Assembly (NCBI RefSeq): GCF_037042905.1
Contig: NC_087252.1
Coordinates: 14,075,872 to 14,136,000, forward strand
Length of the DNA stretch: 60,129 nt
Direction: 5' to 3'
Source of the DNA: Lytechinus pictus
Lineage: Eukaryota
A program made the translations under genes and the position numbers. The notes under the pieces are model-generated. The model was given only the letters and a program-made list of their open reading frames with translations. It was not told the DNA's origin and did no database searches. This document shows, piece after piece, positions 46,201-58,200 of this stretch (positions within the stretch are counted from its first letter, which is position 1; each line of letters opens with the position of its first letter).

Positions 46201-49200
46201 AGCTGTTCACAAATTTCAGCAGATTAATTAATTCTGTGGACTGTCAGATTCTACACCACTTTTCATGAACGTTTCTTTCGAGTCTTGCTCAACATTTTTT
46301 AATTACCATATTGCCCGTAATGCTGAGGGGGCTGATTCTACCTTCGCTATTTCATTGCACCCCCCCCCCCCCATCCCCTGGGTGTAGTAGGGCTTAGACA
46401 TAAATCTCATTTGTTCATTATGCAACGTACATGTATGCATTCTGTAATGTTATATTTCATATTGGCAGCTGCAGTGAAAATAAACAATTAAGGTTGTTCT
46501 GAGGATTGCAGAAACTACATAATAAATCACCCCAAGATGCTCTCAATGGCAGTGCCTTTTTCCTAGCCCCATTTGTATTTTTCTAAAACCTACTGAATTT
46601 CCGCTGGCATCATTTGAAATGTCAGCAGACAACAAATTTGGAGATTAATCATTGTTCTTCAAATCAATTCCATATGCACAAATGCATACATATGGCAGCC
46701 AGAAGGCTGAAATTTGGCATGCTTCCATGACATTCTCAATCATATTACATTTCAAATCAGAAGACAGGAGAAAGACATACAATAATACGGTACAATTATG
46801 CATGCATGTACACAATTTTGAGGACAATGAATATAATACCAGGGGTGTTTCACAAAGATGTAAGTATGAGTTACTTAAATGAGTCGCACTTAAATGCCAA
46901 CGCGTACATGATGTGCAACGCGTAATCTTCTTGATCAATACGCAGGAGTGTCTGCATCCTCCTTCGCGTGATCTGACCAATGCGGTCATGCCTTTAATAC
47001 TGTACGCAGCTAGGCATTTAAGTGCAACTCTAAGTCATGCTTAAATCTTTGTCAAACACCCCCCCCCACCCCCGCTATAATATGTTATGATGCTTATTCA
47101 GTTTATATACATGTATTACACATGTTATATAATATCTCATGTATGGTATGTTTTGATGTTTTAAAAATGCAACGATCATTCAGTTGTTTTTCCCCTGTTA
47201 TTCTAATAGGAATGTATGCTGACAATTCTGAATATTCTAACTGCCAAAAGGTCTTATGGAACACTGATGGAAATGGCATGAGTTTTATGGATCTAGGAAT
47301 TCCTGTGTTTGCTCTCACAAACTCTGAAGATGTGCAGACTGTCAAAGATGTAAGTGCGGAATAATACCCCGTTTAGATCTACCACCAAAGGCGAGGTAAC
47401 CTCGAAGGCTACCGCAGGTCGTCCTTTGTCCAATGTAGATCTAAAGCACAAAGCACGAATCTGAGGTAATCGCAAGGTAAATATTACCCTAGACAGTGTA
47501 GCACAATTGTGAGGTCACACGGCATGATCCTTTGTAGGAGTGTAGATCTAAACGGTCTTTGCGTAAACTCGCCATAGAAAACGGAAGTGCTTTATATGAG
47601 CGATCGTTGTGCAGCGCTCGCTTTCCCCCTTGATTGATATATTGTCATGACAACGCAATTCGCAAGTCCAAAGGAAGACCGCAGATGATAAAACGGCCAC
47701 AATCTGCACCTCGTCATTTGCTAAGGAATTTCACGCCGTTTTCGCTCCAGAAGATTGTCTAGTGTGACACCAGAGAGAGAGAGAGTTAAAGTTAACAGGG
47801 TATAATTGTTCAGGATTTCTACTTTCCTACAGTGATAACAGATAATTGCATGTGTGCTCAAAGAATTATAGTCAATTATTCAAAAAGAAATTTAAAAAAG
47901 AATAGAATTAACACAATTCCTGATTTCAAATGAAATTGTTCTTGGGATGAATGAGGTCACACGGCATGATGCTCTGTTGCACTGAGATGTAAACGGTCTT
48001 GGCTTAAACTCGGCATAGAAAACGAAAGTCCTTCATCTGCGCGATCGTTTCCCCCTTGATTGATATATTGCCATGACGACGCAATTCGCAAGTCCAAAGG
48101 AAGACGATGTACCTCGCGGTTACCGCAGATGATAAAACGGCCCCAATGTGCACCTCTTCTTCTGATAAGGAATTTCACGCCGTTTTCGCTCCAGACGATT
48201 GTCTAGTGTGACACCAGAGAGAGATAGATCTTAACAGGGTATAATTGTTCAGGGGAGTGTTTCATCAACATTTTCATCCGACAAGTTGTCAGATCTGACA
48301 TCTTTCTCTGATGTTGATTGGCTGAGAGGTACTGTTACTATGGTAACTGTCGGATAAAATGGTACTTGTCGGATAAAACATCCGACAAGTCCTTTCATGA
48401 AACGCCCCCCAGGATTTCTACTTTCCTACAGTGATAGCAGATAATTGCATGTGTGTTCAAAGAATTATAGTCAATTATTCAAAAAGAAATAAAAAAGAAT
48501 AGAATTAGCACAGTTCCTGATTTCAAATGAAATTGTTCTTGGGATGAATTTGTTTGCTTATCAGTAAACTCATATTAGATGTTAATGCCAGTGATGACAA
48601 TTTGAATTGTGCTTCACCAAAATTCGAATCGCCCATTTTAATTCCTGTATTTCACAAATGGATATGTCGTCGTCAAGAAGATTTGCTTTGAATATGTGTG
48701 CACATTTTTCATGTTTTTATTTTAACTTAGTGTTATGAGGAGCACAACAGACCAGATGCCCAGGGAAAAGCCAGACCCTACCCACAGTGTGCCGGTGAGA
48801 TGTATGATTTCATGTTTGGAGCAAAGGACACGCCCACTTGCATGTGGAGAACACAAAGGATTACAAATTTGGAATCAAGTAGGCGACACTTTCATGTATT
48901 GTCAGTTTTCTACATTCTATATTTTATTATTAATTTCATCTAACATACTTTGAGCTAAGGCCTGAGTCATTACTCAGATTCTGCACATGTTGGGCCACAA
49001 CTTGAAAATTGTGAAACATCGTTAATAAATAGGTGTCAAGGGTTGACGTGGGAGGTAAAGAAAGGTCTTTACCAAATGTTGCTGAAATTTCACATTTTGC
49101 ATCTTTACATCCAATAAATTACCATATATTTTCCATATTTCCTTGAAATTGTTTTGATTTTAGTTGGAAACTATTGAAAAAATGAAGATTATTCACTTCT

Positions 49201-52200
49201 TTCTTTGCTCTAAAAAATTGTTTAATGGTGTTACACTCAGTCAACACCAGGAAAGTTGGACTACAATATTGGCATTAGTGTGGTCCCACATGTAGACTTC
49301 CATGGTGTAAGGTGAGTGTATCATCAACTGAAAACGATCTGTGATTGTTTGATCGTTTTGAGACAGATAACTTCAAACAGACTTGTCCCCAAATATAAAG
49401 AATCTATTATTCATCTGCATCCTTTGTATTTTTTTTTCAGGTTTCTACTGTGATCCTCTGGGAGATTGGAATGTCTGGGCCACTCTTGTACCCACCAACA
49501 AGTCAAATCCTCTTGGGGATGAATCAATGATTATAGCTGCAGCTCAGGTGAGGTTTAGCACTCATGAATTTTGAAGCACAGATAAATTTCCAAAACTTAA
49601 ATCAACATATTGAACTTAAGATTTTTAAGCCCAATAAAACAGTTAGCAAACTCATTTTCTCTGACTGTAGTGCACAAAATTTTGAAATTTTAGATTCATC
49701 ATTGTGAGCATATGTATATAATGATGTTCGAAGTTCTACATAATCTTGCCCCAGAATACATGAAAATGTCAATACCTGTTAAATCTTATCAATATTCTCT
49801 TCGTACTTGTACACTAACCCGTCTTCCAAAACCAAAAACGAATAGTTGTAAAAGGACATTTCTATTTAGGGGGGCTTCATTGTGCAACAAACTACCATCC
49901 CAAGTTATCAGTCTTGATTATTTGTTGCATTATATATAATTTTGAATTAGCTAGGTTCTCTTTTAGTTTTACATCTTTTTTTAATTATTTTCGTTTAATT
50001 AGGACCCCATGGAAGAACAGTGATATTTTGTAAATATCACTGAAATGGGCTATCCTCCATTGTAGATGTGTTCATGATTTTCATGTATTTTATTTATGAC
50101 TTCTTATTTGGAAATAAAAACAAACAAACAAAGTCTGAAATATTAGATTAATTCTTGACATCTACTTTGAAATGACTACAAACTATAACCGTGTGAAAAG
50201 TGATGTCATGCCTGGCAGCCAATCACACACAGTTTGTACATTTCATTAGCAAATGAACGTAATTTTACAAAAGAAATTGATCTTTTAATCAGCTCATTAT
50301 TCAATTCAATTTCATTTTATTGTCCATATGGAAATTTGATTTGCTCACATTATAAAACATTGGTAATAAAACATTACATACATCACATGCATAAATACAA
50401 TTATACAAAATTATATAAGAAGGCGACAAATGCAAGGGAAATTCTCCAGGATGTTTTCTTAATAAAAATGCAAAAGTAAAGGGCCTGAAGTTAAAGTATT
50501 TTAGATTTCTTTATAAATAATAACTTCGAAATTGCCTGCCTCTTATGATGTCACCGTAGCTTCCTGAAATCAGGAATGAGAATCTTGTGCCCTTTCTACA
50601 GCTAATTTCTAGAAACTTACTTGGTTTTATGGATATTCTAGTCTGAAAATATTTATATCTAAATAAATGAGTAAAATTCACCAAGCAAAATGCTGAAAGT
50701 TTCATCAAAATCTGTTAACAAATAACGAAATTATTGAATTTTAAAGTCTAGCAATATTCTACGAAAAGAGTCATTTGCATATCATGATTATTCATTAGGT
50801 GGGCTTATGATGTCACATCCCCACTTCCCTTTTTCTTACATGTATGTTATTACGTGAAATCATAATTATTTCATTTTTTCATAATGTGTGAATGATATAT
50901 CTCCCTTATAACGACATAAGTTGCAGCAATGAATATCTAATGCATTGAATCAATTGTCAATCCAAATTTCTTAGTTCTTGGGGGAAAAGTTTTGAATAAA
51001 CCTAATTTCATATACACTGTAATAAAATACAAAAGAAAAAGTGAGGATATGACATCAGTTTGCTCATTGAATAATATTCATGAAGACATCCACAAAATTG
51101 TTTCTCGATTCCTCGATTTTGATCAAATTTTCAGTGTTTTGTTTGTCTGATTTTTCCCAATCTGTTCAATTCATATTATTTTCAGCCTGGAGTACCCCTC
51201 TGAAGCATTTCATCTACAGTGTGATTCATTTCTACATACCATTTCCTGTCAATCTATACCACATGGAGCTGAAAATATTTTCTATGTGTATCTAATAATA
51301 ATAGTCAGTTCTTGTATAGCGCATAATACTTTATGAATAACGTCTCTATGCGCTTCCAAAGGACTTGGATATTATTACCCCAGCTTTAGCTGGGCTGCCT
51401 AGGCGCTCAAGCATTCAAGGAATTTCTTCCTACCGGGTACCCATCCACCTCGCCTGGGTCGAGTGCAGCACAATGTGGATAAATTTCTTGCTGAAGGAAA
51501 TTACGCCATGGCTGGGATTCGAACCCACGACCCAACTCTCCACAATAGTTAACCGTCTTTCTCCTTTCTCCCCATACAGCTTGATGTGGCGGAACTTTTT
51601 TACTCACTATTCCCTTCACAAGGAGCGGAAAACACAGTATCCGGTTTTGTGACCCTACTCGCTGCAGCCCAGGCAATCGGAGCACTTCCTCTAGAAATCA
51701 AACAAGACATGAAAAACATCATGTTCACGTTCTTCCAAGGTGTAAGTTTCTTTTTCTATTTCAGAAAGTTGTACAAATGTTGTATTTTGCTCAATATAGC
51801 TGTAGTCTCGATACACGCCTACACACCAACCCTAATTTAAATGGACTATTTCAGAGCAAGATAGGGGGGGTCAATTTGACCTCTCCTTCAGATCTCGGCT
51901 GCTGATCGCCCGATAGCCGTGAAACTTTGCCCATGCGTAGAGCACAATGTAAACTACAAGACTGTATAGTAAAATTTTCAAACAAATATTTTTTAATTAT
52001 TTTTGAATGAATTAATTATGCAAGTAAGCGATGGAATTTGCCCTTGATGTGTTTTTGTGTATGTTTTTGCCTTTGACTCACTTTATACAGCTCATATAGT
52101 GCTAATTTTTGGTGAAAATATGAACTTTTAAGTTTCCAACTAATGTCTACATTCAAAATGCCAAAACATAATTTCCTATGTATTTTGTTGTCTTTTAAAA

Positions 52201-55200
52201 TCTTATGTACTTCTTTGTTTTTTAACCTTTGTTTTTTAACCTTTGTTTTTTATTGTTATTTCAGAGACATTTTGCGATCATGAATAGCATAAAATAAATC
52301 CATTTAAACCTGCAAAACATATTTATGATTTTAAAATTTATAAAAAATAAGTAAAATAGGCAATGACCTTTCTTTTTTTTTCTTGTCATACTTTTCAGGA
52401 AAATTTGCACCCCATTAAAGTTTAAAGCACCCGGTGGTTGATTGTTTTACATTTGTGGAAAACCGTACAAATCACTTTGTGAAATTTGGCCCGGGTGTCA
52501 AGGTCATTGTCATTTCTAAACAAGCATCTATAGGAAAATATCATATTTAAACTTTCACAAGCTTCACGTGTTGTTTGGATGTCTTCTACAGGAAAGCTAT
52601 GATTACATCGGATCATCGCGTATGGTGTACGACATGAAGAAAGGAGTCTTTCCCTTTAAGCTTGACGAGAAGAACACACAGCCTTCCCAGGTCAACCTGT
52701 CGACGGTTGCTGCAGTGTTAGAGGTGCGACAGCTTGCCTTGTCAGAGGGAGACAACTTCTACATGCACATTGACCCGTTGTCACAGTCTGATGCATCTAC
52801 CCAACAGGGTGTAAGTAAATCATATTTGTGTGTTTTACGGTAGAATGTTCCCCGGGAGTGGGAAATGTGTAAAGTGTGCTTTGAAGAGGCTGCAATGGTA
52901 GCGCCTGGAGCAGAGTCTGATCCATCTACATGTAGTACTCAATATGGTGTTAGTGACTCATTTTAATGCGTTTTAACCGTAGCATGTTCCACAGGGAGTG
53001 GGGAATGTGTGTAAAATGTGTTTTTGGAGAGGCTGCAAGGCTAGCATGGAGCCAGTTTGATGCACCTACTCAACAGGGTATTATTGACACATTTTAATGC
53101 ATTTTACCAGTAGAATATTCCACAGGGAGTGGGAAATGTGTGTAAAATGTGTTTTGGAGAGGCTGCAAGGCTAGCATGGAGCCAATCTGATGCACCTACT
53201 CAACAGGGTATTAGTGACACATTTTAATTCATTTTACCATTAGAATATTCCACAGGGGGTGGGAAATGTGTTTGAGAGTTCGCTGGGCTAGCACCTGGAA
53301 CGTCTTCGGACAGTGTGCAATCAACACCATTATATCATAGAGAGTGAAAGAGCTGTACATGTATATGGAATGAAACTGTGGGTTAATCATGTAATGTGCT
53401 CCCCATGGAGTGGAAAATTAGCAGACACTGTATTTTTAACAGATATGGAGGGAAAGATTGGCTGTTTATCATGTAATTATTTGGAATTCTTCCCAGCGAG
53501 TGAAGACTGCACATATTTCATATTTGCAACCAAGGGTAGCAGATGTGCTGATGAGTGCCTGTTTTATGAGTCCATGTAGAAAACATTTCATGATGATAAT
53601 GAACATCTACATGTACTTGACACACATGCATGAAGCTTATTCTTGGTAAATGGAATTAAAGGGGAATTAAGCCTATGGAATATATGGGCTTGTGTGGAAA
53701 GAGAAAAATCAAAGAATAAGATCAAAGAAAGTTTGAGAAAAATCAGACAAATAATGAGAAAGTTATGAGCTTTTGAATAAATTGCGATCACTAATGCTAT
53801 GGAGATCCTCCTATTGGCAATGCAACAAAGATGTGTTATGTCACATGTGAACAACTTTTCCTGTGATGGACTATAAAATACCCCCGAAATGCATTTTAGT
53901 TTATCTTTCTTATGCTGATACAAACTTTTTATCCATAATATATTCTTTGAAAATCTGTATTACATGCACTCCTATACAAAGAATACATGATCTTCTAATA
54001 GATATGATAAAAGAGACAGTTTAAGTGAAATATATAGAAAAGTAATGGGAAAGTTGTTCGCATGTGACATCACACATCTGTGTCGCATTGGCAACTGAAG
54101 GATCTACATTATGATAATCTAAACTTTAAATGCTCATAACTTATTATTTATTCAATTTTTCTCAAACTTTTGTTGATCTGTTTCTTTGATTTTTCTGTTT
54201 TCCCACAAGCTATCTTGTTTTAAAGGTTTCATTTTCCTTTAATGATCATTGTAATGCGGGCAAAATAACAATAACATATAAACCATGTAATACAGTATTC
54301 TCCCTGAAGAAAATGTCCTTTACCTTTCCTTTCAGACTGAGAGACTGATGCAGCTGTTGAAATCCTATGCAGTGAATGTCACCATGAACAATGTGTCCCT
54401 GGACCAACCGCTTCCACCAGCTTCTTTCCAGCAGTTCTTGAGGAATGGAACGGACATACCAGGGGTAGTCATCACAGATCATAATATGGAATATAAAAAT
54501 AAGTAAGCAAATATGATTTCTGCGTCCTAAGGGGGGTAGTCATTGCAGATCATAGCATGGAATATGAAAATAAGTAAGCAAATATGATTTCTGCGTCCTA
54601 AGGGGGGTAGTCATTGCAGATCATAGCGCATGGAATATGAAAATAAGTAAGCAAATATGATTTCTGCATCCTAAGTGGGGTAGTCATCACAGATCATAGC
54701 ATGGAATATGAAAATAAGTAAGCAAATATGATTTCTGCATCCTAAGGGGGTAGTCATTGCAGATCATAGCGCATGGAATATAAAATTAGTAAGCAAATAT
54801 GATTTCTGCGTCCTAAGGGGGGGTAGTCATTGCAGATCATAGCATGGAATATAAAAATAAGTAATCAAATATGATTTCTGAGTCCTAAGGGGGTAGTCAT
54901 TGCAGATCATAGCATGGAATATAAAAATAAGTAAGCAAATATGATTTCTGCATCCTAAGGGGGTAGTCATTGCATATCATAGCGCATGGAATATAAAATT
55001 AGTAAGCAAATATGATTTCTGCATCCTAAGGGGGGGGGGTAGTCAATGCAGATCATAGCATGGAATATAAAAATAAGTAATCAAATATGATTTCTGAGTC
55101 ATAAGGGGGTAGTCATTGCAGATCATAGCATGGAATATAAAAATAAGTAAGCAAATATGATTTCTGCATCCTAAGGGGGTAGTCATTGCAGATCATAGCG

Positions 55201-58200
55201 CATGGAATATAAAATTAGTAAGCAAATATGATTTCTGCGTCCTAAGGGGGGGGGGTAGTCATTGCAGATCATAGCATGGAATATAAAAATAAGTAATCAA
55301 ATATGATTTCTGAGTCCTAAGGGGGTAGTCATTGCAGATCATAGCATGGAATATAAAAATAAGTAAGCAAATATGATTTCTGCATCCTAAGGGGGGGTAG
55401 TCAATGCAGATCATAGCATGGAATATAAAAATAAGTAATCAAATATGATTTCTGAGTCATAAGGGGGTAGTCATTGCAGATCATAGCATGGAATATAAAA
55501 ATAAGTAAGCTAATATGATTTCTGCATCCTATGGGGGTAGTCATCACAGATCATAGCATGGAATGTAAAATTAGTAAGCAAATATGATTTCTGTGTCAGG
55601 TTAGTAATTAATCGCTAAATAGAAATGACCTATCAAGATCATCCTTGCATGTGCATTTTGCTCAGTAGACTGCGATACATGTGCCATATTCACCCCTCCA
55701 CTCTCCTCGAATCGAGTGGTTTTATTAAAAAATACATTGAATTCATTATGGATTTTTAGATTTGGTGTTTTATTACTGTTATCAATGTTGTGTTTCACTG
55801 TGTTTTGGCAATTCAGCCTCACAGGTTTTAGAAAGCCACGCACTTGATTTTGTATCAACTGATATTATTATGGCACCTTTTTGTGTTGGTTTTTGTATTT
55901 GTGAAATGGAGATTGAATCCAATCAATTTGAGTGGATGATGAGGAGAGTTTAAGTCGTGTATTTGCCCTTCTTTATATTTCATTCTAGGTATTACAACAG
56001 TCGTCTGGACATTCCTGAGGCCTTTGGGATCAACTTTACTGAATATAATAGCACGGATTATTTACCGATCTTCCCAGTGGCACAGGTTAGTAGCATTGTT
56101 TAACCCTAATTCTCCCGGGGGGGGGCCATTATGGCCCCCCCCTCGACAATTTTCGCGATATATCTGCTGCGCAAAATTTTTTGACCTCGCCGCTCACTGA
56201 CTTTTTACTTTCAAGTCTCGCGCAAATTTTGAGCCCAAATTTGTGACGCCCGGGTACACGGTTACGACATTACGCAACACTATGTAAGTGCATGTCAGAC
56301 CCAAAATTGCTCATAAACGTGATTTCATGTACAAATCCAATGCAAATTGTGTATTTAGCCAAAATTCATAAATGTATCATTATTTCTACTTTTACTGATT
56401 AAACTTAATTTATATTGCCTTGTTTATGATCAGAATCAAGTCTGGAACAATTTCCATTGAAAAAACAATAAAAAACAAAAAGTAAAAAACAAAGAAATAC
56501 ATAAGAAATTCATAAAACAATAAAATACATAAGAAATTGATTTCCAAACTGAAGTTTTTTTTAATGCGATTGTTAAGAATGCTACAAAGAATATTTTTAC
56601 CAAAAATTAGCACTCTAGGAGCTTTATTTAGTGAATTAGAGCAAAAAGTATGATTTATGCATAATTTAGCATAATTAATTCATATAAAATAAAATCTCAT
56701 TAATTTGGAAAATTTTACCATACAGCCTTGTAGATTACATCGCACACTACCAGCGTGCAAATTTTTGCATCGCTCGCGCGATCGGCGGCCGAGATCTTAA
56801 GGGGGGGCCATAATGGCCCCCCCCGGGAAGGACAAGAATCAAAATACCCCGGGAGAGTTAGGGTTAAAGGTAAAAGAAAGTAGTTGCAGCATACAGTTAT
56901 TTCACGAGAAAGTCCTTTAAATCAAGGTTAAATACTGTTACAGACTGAGTCATAGATCTAGATCTGGTACATTGAAATCAACTCATCTATGTGAAATCAT
57001 GAAATCTTAGCTGAAAACTGATAAAAACACAAATAGGTATATGTGGAACAGTGTATTAATACTGGTTGGAAAAATGCCCAATATTTTATGGAATTCTGTG
57101 TTTTTTTTTGCTCATTTCTCATCAATTACAGAGGTTTCCCCAGAGCCATTTGACACATATTTTTAATTCATACATACAAACACTTGGGTGGTCATTTTAT
57201 AGAATTCTCTTCGAACTAATTTTGAGATTGTTACCACAACTGGCATTTTTCTTTAATCAAGCAAATTATCTTAGTTTTAAAAACATTGCTCAATATTGAT
57301 TTTACTTTTAAAAATCTGGGGTCGTATTCTAAAAATTGTCTTAACATGAATATTCTTGTATCTTCAGAGTTGCAAAATAAATCAATTTTCTGAAAATTCT
57401 TGTAAAACTTGTAACTTTCATTGAGCGCTCATGATGTCAGAGCTAAAATCTGCATAAAGCTCAAAACGTTGCATAAATTTCTCTGTGCGTAAGATAGCAT
57501 GCCGAGATAGAAGGTATTTTAAAATTCTCTTTTCTGTCTTTGATCTACATCAACAAAATAAATTCAAGACACATCATGGTTCAGAAACTTTAAAAAACAA
57601 AACCTCTGTTATGTTTACCAATGTACTGTATGGCTCATGCTACCCACTAAAATAAATGTTTATCTCTGAATTCCTTCAGGTTGAACCACTTTATTTTAAA
57701 TTATTGCATGAGTTATGGTTGTATTAGACTGGGCATTTTGCATTTCTCAGCTTTTGTTATCTCCATGCAGCGATCATTGCTTTCAAATTCACCCACAATA
57801 CATGTGCATGTTATATACCCGATCCATTTAGCGGTGAATAAAGTTTTAAAAGTAGAAACTCACATCCTATCCTCAAATTTTGATTGTTTAGACCCTTACA
57901 GGCTTAGCCACTACAATAGCAAGAAGTCTTTACTTGTATGCAAGACCAGGCGCTAATGCCTCCATACTAGTTGCTGATGTCAACCTGGTAAGTATCATCA
58001 ATCAAATGACTTATGTATGAAGCATATAGACATAAGAGGACATTGTGAAGCGTTGTGGCCAATTGGATTAGTCTTCTGACTTTGAAAGAGAGGGTCGTGG
58101 GTTCGAATCCCATCCATGGCGTAATTTCCTTCAGCAAGAAATTTATCCACATTGTGCTGCACTCAACCCAGGTGAGGTGAATGGGCACCCGGCAGGATTA

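Noticed and set aside
54461..55595. CRISPR-like array
   Set aside because: No unique spacers and no cas genes; it is a eukaryotic minisatellite derived from an exon junction.
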